From a virus (Duplodnaviria; Caudoviricetes), in IMG/VR virus record IMGVR_UViG_3300030333_000934, positions 1 to 53,004 of that record: 53,004 bases of DNA; one strand, 5' to 3'. The number at the start of each line of letters is the position of its first letter. The first letter of the stretch is position 1. The position numbers and the translations under genes were made by a program. Below the pieces are notes generated by a model. It was not told where the DNA came from, searched no databases, and worked only from the letters and a program-made list of their open reading frames with translations. Below are positions 18,647 to 28,009 of this stretch, piece by piece.

Positions 18647-19033
18647 TTAAAATGGTAAATCATCATCATTTTCAGAAATTTCTGTAGATCTACACCACAA
18701 TTCTTTAGCATACTTCTGTCCGAAGTCAGTTTTTAGGCCATAATGTGCGAAAAACGCAGGCTCAGAGCCAAACTTAGTATGTAGTTGTGTATGATGAAAC
18801 ATACAAAGGGGTATTACTTGATCATCTCCACTTTTTAACGACATTCCTCGCTTACCATCGCTTGGCTTTAGTAAATGATGTGCTTGTATTACTTTATCGT
18901 GAGTATAAAACCCTGCCTTACAGATAGAGCAAGGCAAGGATTTTACATATTTTAGATGATCTATATTTTCTATTCGGCGATTAAAAGGGTGCTCTGCTAC
19001 CCTCATCGTCTTGTTTAGTTTCGCCTTCTTCAT
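18647..19033 (-). CDS. DUF968/Ref-like zinc-binding HNH-type protein
   Basis: HLKYVKSLPCSIC...AHH...VIPLC..HH.QLH; ends in DDDLPF. Start uncertain. Confidence 0.7.
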   Translation of the reverse strand: MKKAKLNKTMRVAEHPFNRRIENIDHLKYVKSLPCSICKAGFYTHDKVIQAHHLLKPSDGKRGMSLKSGDDQVIPLCMFHHTQLHTKFGSEPAFFAHYGLKTDFGQKYAKELWCRSTEISENDDDLPF

Positions 19034-19367
19034 CTTCTCTTACCTGTAATTGAACACCAGTCCACTCTTGACCAGTATCTCTTACATTTCGCCAAAATGC
19101 AGCTTTATAAGTCGTATTGTTAAATGTAATGTTACCATACATATCTGGCGACTTATCGTTTTGCTTATCTTCTTGTGCTACAAGATGAAGTAGTCCACCT
19201 GAGATAGATAGTTCATACTTCTTTTCATTAGTATTTGGATTGGTATATTCAAGAATAGAAGCATATCTATCTGTTCCTTCTATTTTAATCTTGCCCTTCC
19301 TTACTACTTTTACATCTTTCTCATGCCAAAGACTTCCTTGACCTTCATTCAATTCAAATTTCTCCAT
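18981..19367 (-). CDS. Putative single-stranded DNA-binding protein
   Basis: KSPDMYG...AFW motif, acidic tail ending PF; follows the annealase gene. Confidence 0.55.
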   Translation of the reverse strand: MEKFELNEGQGSLWHEKDVKVVRKGKIKIEGTDRYASILEYTNPNTNEKKYELSISGGLLHLVAQEDKQNDKSPDMYGNITFNNTTYKAAFWRNVRDTGQEWTGVQLQVREDEEGETKQDDEGSRAPF

Positions 19368-19647
19368 TTATATTCTCCTTATTTTTTAATAAACGAAATT
19401 CATATCCTTTGCCACCCACAATTCTTCGTTTAGGACAGGGATCAAAATTGAGATCTCTATCAATTCCAAACTTTTCTCTGCGGTCAGCTTTCCTAAGATT
19501 TCTTATGGAAGCCGATATACTTGGCTCGCCATAAAAAACCCCAGTCTTTTCCTTGATAAGTTGTTGTAGATCCCAGTAAGTCCACCAACGATCTCCTTTA
19601 TGCATACAAATATATACACACTCATCAAGAGTAAATTTTTTAGGCAT
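19354..19647 (-). CDS. Small helix-turn-helix protein
   Basis: W.TYWDLQ...GEPSISASIRNLRK...YEFRL. Confidence 0.55.
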   Translation of the reverse strand: MPKKFTLDECVYICMHKGDRWWTYWDLQQLIKEKTGVFYGEPSISASIRNLRKADRREKFGIDRDLNFDPCPKRRIVGGKGYEFRLLKNKENINGEI

Positions 19648-20284
19648 TATAGATCCCTAAAAGTTTTGATAATGCAGTCTTACTTGACCCATTAGCGATT
19701 TCACTAGCCTTTAAGATCACTTCTTTATTAGCTTTAAAGAAATCTTTATGCTCATCTTGTGGATCTTCAACCCCTAGTTTTTCTCTAAGTTTTTTCACTA
19801 GTGGATCTTCTCCTACAAAGATACCCATTTCTTCGCCCTCAGCAGAAACTAAAGTGTATTTAGTCGGCTCTGGGGCAGGTGCTTTATTATTAATAGCATT
19901 ATCAACTTCAAAGGCACTAGCATATTCTCCACCATGAATACCAAGATTTGCTAAGGCTCTGCCGATAGCAGATGTTTCGCAGTTTTCTAGAGCAGATGTT
20001 TTATTAACCATTCCAACTCCTCTAAATTCTTCTGCAAATCCTGTAGCAATTTGTTCCCAGTTACCATTCTGATATATAAAAATAGTAGCCTTCATACATA
20101 CTCTATCTAGATCAGCATTAAGGATTTCTGTAACGATATTTACATCACTCCCAAACACTTCTCTAAAAATAGACACACGAGTAGCAACAGTTGTGTACCA
20201 TTTACCACTTACATTAACCTTAAAAGGTTTCTTATCTTCAAGATCTGAGATCTTTTGGATAGCTTCATTCAATAAATTTTTCAT
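19640..20284 (-). CDS. Single-strand annealing recombinase (Rad52/Sak-like)
   Basis: YTTVATRV, ATGFAEE, TSALENCETSAIGRALANLG; adjacent to an exonuclease. Confidence 0.7.
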   Translation of the reverse strand: MKNLLNEAIQKISDLEDKKPFKVNVSGKWYTTVATRVSIFREVFGSDVNIVTEILNADLDRVCMKATIFIYQNGNWEQIATGFAEEFRGVGMVNKTSALENCETSAIGRALANLGIHGGEYASAFEVDNAINNKAPAPEPTKYTLVSAEGEEMGIFVGEDPLVKKLREKLGVEDPQDEHKDFFKANKEVILKASEIANGSSKTALSKLLGIYNA

Positions 20285-21079
20285 TTATATTCTCCATATT
20301 TTTTTAGCTTCCGATTTTAATTCCCCACTCCATATCCAATTATCAAAGTCTGGCATTATTATCTTAGCTAATTCATTTTTATCGTCAGATATAGATAAGA
20401 ACTTTTGAATTGCTTCTCCACCTCTAATCAATATCTCAACATTTTTTTCAATATTATCAATCGTAAAACTATGCACTTCGCTTTTATACTTAGTACAGTA
20501 GATATAATCAATAACAGCTTCTTTACAACCAGTTACATAGGCATACATAGACACCTGTAGATTATGGTTGATTTTTGCACTAGAGGTTAAACGAGCAGTC
20601 GTTTTAATATCTCTAACACAGTCTTTATATTTCAGATCCAAAAACCCCTTGATTGGAATAGGCAATCTTGGATCTTCCAAATAAACTTCTTCTTGATAAG
20701 TTTCTATTGGCTTATCAATTCCTTTGTAATGTTCCACAGCAGTTGCAATATATTGTGGGACTAAGGCAATCTCTTTATTAAATTTAACATCATCTACTTC
20801 AAACCCCTTCTCTCTAGCAAGTCTTGCCATTTCATTCATACCCTCTATGGCTTCTTCTTGTACAGTAGTAAGACTTTTTCTACTGGGTTGATTAGGTAAC
20901 ATACCGAAATATTTACCTACTCCATTATCAGTTTGTGTTCCTCTCCAAGCTGCAGGACTAGCCATATCTCTATATTTGTATAGATATGTAAGGATCCATT
21001 TAGAAGGGTTACTAAACCAAGTGTTGATAGATGAAGCAGATAGATGCTGAATGTCAAAGTTTTCAAATACTTCTTTCAT
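20285..21079 (-). CDS. PD-(D/E)XK exonuclease
   Basis: HLSASSI, GFLDL...DIKTT, Q..MY motifs; SD AGGAG. Confidence 0.85.
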   Translation of the reverse strand: MKEVFENFDIQHLSASSINTWFSNPSKWILTYLYKYRDMASPAAWRGTQTDNGVGKYFGMLPNQPSRKSLTTVQEEAIEGMNEMARLAREKGFEVDDVKFNKEIALVPQYIATAVEHYKGIDKPIETYQEEVYLEDPRLPIPIKGFLDLKYKDCVRDIKTTARLTSSAKINHNLQVSMYAYVTGCKEAVIDYIYCTKYKSEVHSFTIDNIEKNVEILIRGGEAIQKFLSISDDKNELAKIIMPDFDNWIWSGELKSEAKKIWRI

Positions 21080-21206
21080 ATTATTCTCCTTGCATTAGAT
21101 CTTGTAATTAAACTAATGCATTGTTTTTCAATTAAAAGCTAATTATAATCCCTTTATGGAATAAAAACAGGAGTAGTATCTCTAAGGACCATAGGGCAGA
21201 AATCTA
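21080..21206. promoter_or_regulatory. Divergent control region
   Basis: Lies between diverging operons. Contains TGCATTAG-N14-CTAATGCA (21091-21120), TATAAT boxes near 21142-21149 and AATCCC-N5-GGAATA (21147-21163). Confidence 0.6.
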
Positions 21207-21434
21207 ATGAAACTAAGACAATATTTAACAGACAAAGAACACACGCAACAGTCATTCATTGACGAAGTAGAAATGGCTACAGGCCAAAAGATCCCACAAG
21301 GAACATTAGCTAAGTGGATATTAGGTGTACGAATACCACGAAAAGATGAAATGCACTTAATATTTAATATTACAGAGGGGCAAGTCCAACCAAACGACTT
21401 TTATGGAATAGATCCCAAGAATACAGGATCATAA
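21207..21434 (+). CDS. Cro-like HTH transcriptional regulator
   Basis: MKLRQYL...QGTLAKW..GVRIP.....I..ITEGQVQPNDFY. Confidence 0.8.
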   Translation: MKLRQYLTDKEHTQQSFIDEVEMATGQKIPQGTLAKWILGVRIPRKDEMHLIFNITEGQVQPNDFYGIDPKNTGS

Positions 21435-21839
21435 ATGAAGATTGGGTTTACCTGTGGGGCATTTGATCTTTTACACGCAGGTCATGTTGTTATGTTAAAA
21501 GAAGCAAAACAGAACTGTGATTATTTAATAGTCGGATTACAGACAGATCCTACATTAGATAGGCAAGAAAAAAATAAACCTATTCAGTCTATGTATGAAA
21601 GATACATACAGCTACAGGCCATAAAATATATAGATGAAATAATCCCTTATGATACTGAAAAAAGTTTATTAGATTTGTTAGAAAGTACACCGATCAATAT
21701 TAGATTTGTAGGCGAAGATTATGAAAATAGATCCTTTACTGGCGAAGGTTGGGGAGAAACATATTACACTAGCAGAAAGCACTCTTTTTCTTCTACTGAT
21801 TTAAGAGAAAGAATTAAAAAGGATAAGGCAAGAATATGA
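21435..21839 (+). CDS. Cytidylyltransferase (TagD/RfaE-like)
   Basis: GAFDLLHAGH (HxGH), LIVGLQTD, G.DY, R.HSFSST.LR. Confidence 0.9.
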   Translation: MKIGFTCGAFDLLHAGHVVMLKEAKQNCDYLIVGLQTDPTLDRQEKNKPIQSMYERYIQLQAIKYIDEIIPYDTEKSLLDLLESTPINIRFVGEDYENRSFTGEGWGETYYTSRKHSFSSTDLRERIKKDKARI

Positions 21840-22447
21840 AAATAAAACAAACTAAATTAAAAGATCTCAAACCATACGAAAAAAACCCTAGATTACATTC
21901 AGAATTACAGATAACACAAATCGCTACATCTATAAGTGAGTTTGGGTTTATTAATCCAATACTAGCAGATGAAAATAATATGATCCTCGCAGGACATGGA
22001 CGATATTTAGCATCGGAAAAATTAGATCTAGATAAAGTTCCAGTAGTTGTAGTAGAGGGTTTAAGTGAAGCACAAAAGAAAGCATTAGTTATAGCAGATA
22101 ATAAGATTGCTTCAAACTCTGAATGGGACGAAGATCTACTGTGGGAAGAAATAAGAAAACTAAACGAACTAGGATTTGATATTAATAAACTTGCATTTGA
22201 AGAAATGGAGGTGCTTCCTATGATAGATCCTAATGTTGTAAACGACCTTACTGGCGAATGGGAAGATATGCCAGAATTTACAGAAGATGATAAGACAGCT
22301 TTTCGCACAATTCTCGTTCACTTTACCTGTGAAGAAGATGTGGACAAGTTTAGCAAATTAGTAAAACAATCTTTTACTGATAAAACTAAATTTATGTGGT
22401 ATCCAGAGCAAGAAAATATGGACACCGAAGCCAAGAGATATGACTAA
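21836..22447 (+). CDS. ParB/Srx N-terminal domain protein
   Basis: LKPYEKNPR.H, SI.EFGF.NPI, ILAGHGR..A, IADNK. Confidence 0.88.
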   Translation: MKIKQTKLKDLKPYEKNPRLHSELQITQIATSISEFGFINPILADENNMILAGHGRYLASEKLDLDKVPVVVVEGLSEAQKKALVIADNKIASNSEWDEDLLWEEIRKLNELGFDINKLAFEEMEVLPMIDPNVVNDLTGEWEDMPEFTEDDKTAFRTILVHFTCEEDVDKFSKLVKQSFTDKTKFMWYPEQENMDTEAKRYD

Positions 22448-23309
22448 CTCTCCACAATTCCCTTTATATATCCCAAGCAAAACAAGATACGATTCTAATT
22501 TTACAGCTAAGTATTTAGATTATATGGGAGTGCCTTACAGATTAGTGGTAGAAGAACAGGAATATTATTTATATTTAAGTGCTATAGGAGATCGTAAAAA
22601 ACTACTGGTATTAGATAACTCATACAAAGACAAATACGACTACTGCGACGATTATGGGACTGATAAACCTACTGGATCTGGTCCTGCAAGAAACTTTATT
22701 TGGGAACACTCTATAAGTGAAGGGCATAAATATCATTGGATCATGGACGATAATATTAGATCTTTTAGAAGGTTAAATAAAAATGAAAAAGTAAAAACAA
22801 GTAATGGTGGGATCTTTAAAGCTATGGAGGATTTCACTTTACGATATAAAAATGTAGCTATGTCTGGCCCTAATTATTATATGTTTGCACCTGCTAGGCA
22901 AAAAGCTAAACCATTTCAAGTAAATACTAGGATCTATAGTTGTAATTTTATTAGAAATGATTTGCCTTTTAGGTGGAGGGGTAGATATAACGAAGATACA
23001 ATTTTATCTTTAGATCTACTAAAAAAAGGATATTGCACAATTCTCTTTAATGCTTTCTTACAAGAAAAAATAGTAACGCAAACAGTAAAAGGTGGTAACG
23101 AAGAATTATATGCACAAGGAACATTAGATAAATCACGAATGCTTGTAGCAGAACACCCAGATGTATCACGACTTACATGGAAATTTGGCAGACACCACCA
23201 CCATGTAGATTATTCAAAATTCATAAAAAACAACAAGCTAGTTCGTAAAAATGATAAAGTCAGTAGGGGAACAAATGACTATGGTATGCAACTAAAAAGA
23301 CAGGTATGA
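22440..23309 (+). CDS. GT-A glycosyltransferase, TET-associated/GREB1-like
   Basis: YIPSK.R, GPARN..W, HW.MDDNI (DxD-type), RIYSC, YNEDT.LSL..L..GY.T, GGN motifs; follows ParB. Confidence 0.75.
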   Translation: MTNSPQFPLYIPSKTRYDSNFTAKYLDYMGVPYRLVVEEQEYYLYLSAIGDRKKLLVLDNSYKDKYDYCDDYGTDKPTGSGPARNFIWEHSISEGHKYHWIMDDNIRSFRRLNKNEKVKTSNGGIFKAMEDFTLRYKNVAMSGPNYYMFAPARQKAKPFQVNTRIYSCNFIRNDLPFRWRGRYNEDTILSLDLLKKGYCTILFNAFLQEKIVTQTVKGGNEELYAQGTLDKSRMLVAEHPDVSRLTWKFGRHHHHVDYSKFIKNNKLVRKNDKVSRGTNDYGMQLKRQV

Positions 23310-24157
23310 ATGTTCTAGTTACAGGTGGCGCAGGATTTGTGGGATCTCATCTTTGCGAAAGACTAAGGCAAATAGGTTGTCAAGTTTGGAGTTTAGACAA
23401 TTATTTCTCTGGGTCATACGATAATCATGTTCAGGGTGTTACTTATCTAGCAGGAGAAACTAAAGATATATCTAAGATCTTTAAAGATATTCCTATAGAT
23501 ATTGTTTATCACTTAGGGGAATACGCAAGAGTTGAGCAATCTTTTGAAGATATAGGGATCTTATTTAAGCTGAATTGGGAGAGTATATATTCTGTATTAG
23601 ATTTTGTGAGATCTAAAGAATGTAAAATTGTTTATAGTGGATCTAGCACTCGCTTTGCTGACGAATATCCAGATGATCTTATGTCCCCTTATGCTTATGT
23701 GAAAAAAGCAAATGCTGATCTTGTTAAGACATATTGTGATTGGTTTGACTTAGATTTTGCTATTACATATTTTTACAATGTCTATGGTCCTAGAGAGATC
23801 TCAGAAGGAAAGTATGCTACAGTTATTGCGAAGTTTATTAAGCTAAAAAAAGAAGGTGCAAAGAGTTTACCAGTAACAGCACCCGGCACTCAAAAGAGAA
23901 ATTTTACAGATGTAAGGGATATTGTTAATGGCTTAGTAATTGTTGGGCAGAAAGGCAAAGGCGATAATTATGGAATAGGTGCAGATGAAAGCTATTCTAT
24001 TCTAGACTTATGTAAAATCCTTAAATTAAAACCAGAATTACAACAGGCCAAGCAAGGTAATCGTATGTCTGCCCCAGTAATGTCTGATCGCACTAAGGAT
24101 TTAGGGTGGGAACAAAAACATAAATTAAGCGATTATCTTAACTGGGAACTTTATTAA
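23306..24157 (+). CDS. NAD-dependent nucleotide-sugar epimerase/dehydratase
   Basis: VTGGAGFVGSHL, Y...K (YAYVK), YNVYGP, RNFT.V.D. Confidence 0.92.
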   Translation: MNVLVTGGAGFVGSHLCERLRQIGCQVWSLDNYFSGSYDNHVQGVTYLAGETKDISKIFKDIPIDIVYHLGEYARVEQSFEDIGILFKLNWESIYSVLDFVRSKECKIVYSGSSTRFADEYPDDLMSPYAYVKKANADLVKTYCDWFDLDFAITYFYNVYGPREISEGKYATVIAKFIKLKKEGAKSLPVTAPGTQKRNFTDVRDIVNGLVIVGQKGKGDNYGIGADESYSILDLCKILKLKPELQQAKQGNRMSAPVMSDRTKDLGWEQKHKLSDYLNWELY

Positions 24158-24165
24158 TATGAAAT

Positions 24166-24390
24166 ATGAACAGAGCAAAGAAATCACAAAGGACTTTTTC
24201 CAGTTTAGTCCGAATGCCTTATCAAGATGCTATCGCAGTAGCATTACATACTCACGACTATCACTTAGAAATGGCTCATAAGGGAATTGACCCAGACTTT
24301 CATATCCGACAGGCTCGCAGATTAAAAGACTGGATCGTAGATCAGAAAGATTACATAGTCGCTATAGAAAAAGATCAATCAAAATTATAA
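24166..24390 (+). CDS. Hypothetical protein
   Basis: 74-aa ORF closing the rightward operon. Confidence 0.55.
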   Translation: MNRAKKSQRTFSSLVRMPYQDAIAVALHTHDYHLEMAHKGIDPDFHIRQARRLKDWIVDQKDYIVAIEKDQSKL

Positions 24391-26084
24391 TCGCCCCAAT
24401 TCTCGCTTTCTGCTTCTCCTTCGTATGCTTCAAAACTATGCTTATCTAAGTTATATCTGAACTTTGCTTCTCCTATTTTTCCATAAAGATCCTGTTCTCT
24501 TATCTTTCTAGTAATTACTCTCGTAGAGTTCTCGTCAAAATCTCTATGTACTGTAAGAACTGCGTCAGCTTGGTTGTGCCAATGTGCTGCACCACTTATA
24601 TCGTAAGCAGTAGGTGGTTGATAACCCCCATCTGTAGCTTTAGGCAACTTAGTAGGGTGTGCAACTACCCATGTAATAACTTCATAGATCCTAGAAAATC
24701 GTTTACACAGCGATATAAAATCTCGTATATGCTCATCTTCTCTTTGGTTATTACCCCTTATAGCAGAAACTTCGTTATATGGATCTATAACCAAGCCTTT
24801 AACTCCATACTTATAAACTGCTGATTTAGCAATATTAAGTATTAGTTCTACACTAGGAATAGCATCTCTAGTTTCTATAAAGTAAAAATGATTATGTATA
24901 AAATCTAAGCCACGATTAAGTTCAGCAGGTGTCATTCTTTCTGCAAAACCCTCGTCAAAAGATTTTTCTAAAAACATTTGTATCAATCGCCTAATATGCA
25001 TTGAGGTTGAATGTTCTGGAGAAAAGATTGCAAATTTTAGATCTTCTTTTAATGCTAAATTTATAAGGATCTGATCTAAAAATATTGATTTACCATGATT
25101 TGGAATACCTGTAATAACAGAGAAAGTTCCAGACATAACTTTATAAATATCATCTAAACCCTTTAAGCCGATCTCTATTGGTCTTTCATAGTTACCCTCA
25201 TATAGATCGTGTATGCTTTCGTGGTAGTCATTAACTGTGTAAAGGCCATCTATCGGATAAGGTGTTGCAGAGTTTACAACTTCTATCAGTTTTTGTGGTC
25301 CATGCTTAACTAATATATCGTTAGCATCTTTACAGTTATCTGGTGTTTGTACATACCAACATATATCTTTACCAAATCTATGTAGCAATTCTTTATGATG
25401 TGCTTTTCCTGCTTCGTCATTATCAGTAAATAAGATTACTTTCTTAGCTACTAAAGGACAATTTTCAAGTGCTTTATATCTAGCATCATCTTTATCTCCC
25501 TTAAACTCTTTAGGTGCGCCATTAGGCAGAGTAGTAGCATTAGTAAAACCGACCTCAGCTAGTGCTAAGACATCAATCTCGCCTTCGGTAAAGATTACAA
25601 TTTCATCTTTGCAAACTCTATCGTAGTTATAGATTATTGACTTAGCATTAGCAGACTGCCTAAATTGTTTATCTGCTGTTCTATATTTAATATTAGTGAG
25701 ATCTCCATTTGCGTCAAAGTATTGAAAGCCAAACCACTTGTTTTCTTCAAAAACTTTAAACTTCACATAAGTTTCCCTAGAAATACCACGATCTTTAAAA
25801 TATGTCTGTAACACACTTGTATTAGATTTCTTAACTTCTGGTGGATCTGGTCTTTTGTAAGTTGGCTTTGGTATAGGGCGATAAATCCCCCCAGTCCTTC
25901 TTCCACCAGTCCATTCACAATGGTGACATTTCCACACTACTCCCTCAGAACTTATCGTAACTGATAGAGGTCTATCCTTAGCATTGTGTGGAGGTTGGCA
26001 TTGTGGACACTTAGTTTTCTTAGTTCCTTCTGATGTATCAGAAAGTTTAATTGCATTTTCATTTAAGATTTCATATATATCCAT
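24375..26084 (-). CDS. Primase-helicase (T7 gp4/Twinkle-like)
   Basis: Zn finger CPQC...CHHC, TOPRIM EGEID..DND, Walker A GIPNHGKS, VIDP, VAHP.K, ISG motifs. Confidence 0.93.
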   Translation of the reverse strand: MDIYEILNENAIKLSDTSEGTKKTKCPQCQPPHNAKDRPLSVTISSEGVVWKCHHCEWTGGRRTGGIYRPIPKPTYKRPDPPEVKKSNTSVLQTYFKDRGISRETYVKFKVFEENKWFGFQYFDANGDLTNIKYRTADKQFRQSANAKSIIYNYDRVCKDEIVIFTEGEIDVLALAEVGFTNATTLPNGAPKEFKGDKDDARYKALENCPLVAKKVILFTDNDEAGKAHHKELLHRFGKDICWYVQTPDNCKDANDILVKHGPQKLIEVVNSATPYPIDGLYTVNDYHESIHDLYEGNYERPIEIGLKGLDDIYKVMSGTFSVITGIPNHGKSIFLDQILINLALKEDLKFAIFSPEHSTSMHIRRLIQMFLEKSFDEGFAERMTPAELNRGLDFIHNHFYFIETRDAIPSVELILNIAKSAVYKYGVKGLVIDPYNEVSAIRGNNQREDEHIRDFISLCKRFSRIYEVITWVVAHPTKLPKATDGGYQPPTAYDISGAAHWHNQADAVLTVHRDFDENSTRVITRKIREQDLYGKIGEAKFRYNLDKHSFEAYEGEAESENWGDYNFD

Positions 26085-26088
26085 TTCA

Positions 26089-26733
26089 TTACCCCGCTAA
26101 ATTATTTTTGGATTTTAATTTTTCTTTAGGTCCGATTACATTACCTACTTCATCAAGTTCAAAGTAATCCAACCACCTCTCTTGATTAAGCCAAGTAGTT
26201 GGGTGCGGTATAAATCTTTCCTCTGTTCCTATATTATCTCGTGCAAAAAGATTTGTACTATAAAGGATCTTTGAATAATGTTTTTCATCAAATTTATGGA
26301 AAGACTTAGACGCAGTCTTTCTGCCAATCCTTCTTGGATATATTTTCCAAAACTCTATAAAACTATCACTATCAGTATTAGTTTTAGTTTTATCTTTAGT
26401 ATTAGAGGTATCTGAGGACACTAGGCTCTGATCGTTTGAGATACTAGGATCATCAGAGATACCACCTAAGGTCAGATGATATTTATTAGAGGTATATCCC
26501 CCATGTTCTGCAATCCTATGCTCTATTCTCAAATAGCCAAGTTCTTCAAACTCTTTGATAGCTAACCGAACACCCTTAGTTGTTTTCAGGCCAATTATCT
26601 TTGCGATATGTGAATAAGAAGGGTAACAAGTTCCTTCCTCATCTGCATAGTTACTTAAAATGACTAAGATGAATTTCTTAGTCGGTGTCAAGCCATTAAT
26701 TTTCAATGCTTGATTTAGACATTCAATACTCAT
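26089..26733 (-). CDS. Replication initiator-like protein (N-terminal HTH)
   Basis: L.NYADE.G.CYPS, SNKY, FW.IYPR, IPHPTTWLNQERW motifs. Confidence 0.8.
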   Translation of the reverse strand: MSIECLNQALKINGLTPTKKFILVILSNYADEEGTCYPSYSHIAKIIGLKTTKGVRLAIKEFEELGYLRIEHRIAEHGGYTSNKYHLTLGGISDDPSISNDQSLVSSDTSNTKDKTKTNTDSDSFIEFWKIYPRRIGRKTASKSFHKFDEKHYSKILYSTNLFARDNIGTEERFIPHPTTWLNQERWLDYFELDEVGNVIGPKEKLKSKNNLAG

Positions 26734-26799
26734 AATTATTTCCTCGCTTATTTTGTGTCAAAGAAACAACTATAACTTGGGACTTCCCAATTTGGAATA

Positions 26800-27684
26800 T
26801 TAGAATTTAATTTTGTTTATCTTTTCTCTCTCAGAAAGTTCATATTTAGATCTAGTTTCATTATTCATTTCTATAACTTTATCTAATAAATTTAAAGATC
26901 CCTCAGCATAATTAGATATAGCCAAAATATCTTTCGGTAAACAAGCACCCCCAAACCCAAACTTACCATCTGGACCTGGCACTTGTGTTTGTCCTTCTCC
27001 TATTCTTTCATCTGATTCTAATGCTTTCCTAATAACCTCAAAATCCATATACTTTTTATCAGCTAACTTAAACAACTCATTAAAGAAAGTTATTTTTGTG
27101 GCAAGATACGCATTAGAAAAATACTTAATCATAGATGCTTCATAAACTGTTGTTCTTTGGTATCTAAAATGAATAAATTTACCCCTCTCTGTATGTTTAA
27201 AATATTTAATCGTCTTTTCTAAATGGTCTATTACAAAATTAACTGCGTTAGGATAGCCACCTAATACTTGTAATGGCCTACATAGTAAATCTTCCCAAGC
27301 ATTATTCTCTCGTAAGAACTCTGGGTAATATACAAATCTGTATTTGAGATCTTCATCTTTAGATCTATCAAGCAAATCAAAAATTTTATCTGGAGTAATC
27401 GTAGATTTAAGCACTATTACACCCTTGTAAATCGGCTCTAAGCGATTAATTACATCTTCTACTATAGATATATCAACATCTCCATTTGATAGCATAGGAG
27501 TAGGCACACAAATATAAACAATCTCTGGCCCAAACTTTAGTAATCCTTTGTAATTATTTTCTGGGTTTGTTTTGGGATCTATTACATATATAGGAGATTT
27601 CTTTCTACCGATCTTAGCTTTAGTATTAAAAAACTTGAAATATGTATCTCCAACAAATCCTCTACCTATAATTCCGATCTTCAT
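26800..27684 (-). CDS. UDP-glucose/GDP-mannose dehydrogenase family protein (lacks C-terminal domain)
   Basis: GRGFVG, ICVPTP, KST, PEFLRE, KY.SN.YLA.KI.F.NE, GFGGACLPKD. Confidence 0.9.
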   Translation of the reverse strand: MKIGIIGRGFVGDTYFKFFNTKAKIGRKKSPIYVIDPKTNPENNYKGLLKFGPEIVYICVPTPMLSNGDVDISIVEDVINRLEPIYKGVIVLKSTITPDKIFDLLDRSKDEDLKYRFVYYPEFLRENNAWEDLLCRPLQVLGGYPNAVNFVIDHLEKTIKYFKHTERGKFIHFRYQRTTVYEASMIKYFSNAYLATKITFFNELFKLADKKYMDFEVIRKALESDERIGEGQTQVPGPDGKFGFGGACLPKDILAISNYAEGSLNLLDKVIEMNNETRSKYELSEREKINKIKF

Positions 27685-27872
27685 TTAATAATCCTTTTAA
27701 TTTTCCATTGATCTTTTTTAACTATCCTCTGACAACGCAATTTACCACAAACTAATGCAGTCCAATCAAAGTGATACACCCTAGTTTCTCCCTCACAGTA
27801 AGGACATTGAATTTGAGATCCCTTTTTTTTAGCTCTAGAATTTTTATCTACAGCAACCCATTGTTCTTTCAT
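27681..27872 (-). CDS. Small zinc-finger protein
   Basis: CPYC...VYHF.W.ALVC....C. Confidence 0.65.
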   Translation of the reverse strand: MKEQWVAVDKNSRAKKKGSQIQCPYCEGETRVYHFDWTALVCGKLRCQRIVKKDQWKIKRIIK

Positions 27873-27874
27873 AT

Positions 27875-28009
27875 TTAATCTTCTTCTTCTGAATTACGAT
27901 CTTTGTATCTGCGTCTTTTCATTTCATCAACCATTATTGATGATTCCCATGCAAACCAACCCATGAATATTGTAATAATTAAAGATACAACGCAATTTAA
28001 TATCTCCAT
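27875..28009 (-). CDS. 44-aa membrane-anchored peptide (absent from ORF track)
   Basis: MEILNCVVSLIITIFMGWFAWESSIMVDEMKRRRYKDRNSEEED; ends 2 bp before the next gene. Confidence 0.55.
   Translation of the reverse strand: MEILNCVVSLIITIFMGWFAWESSIMVDEMKRRRYKDRNSEEED

Noticed and set aside
20285-21079. Cas4-like nuclease as a sign of CRISPR-Cas
   Set aside because: No array or other cas genes; the context is an exonuclease-annealase recombination module.
21836-22447. ParB as a plasmid-prophage partition system
   Set aside because: No ParA, only the N-terminal domain is present, and it lies in a sugar/modification operon.
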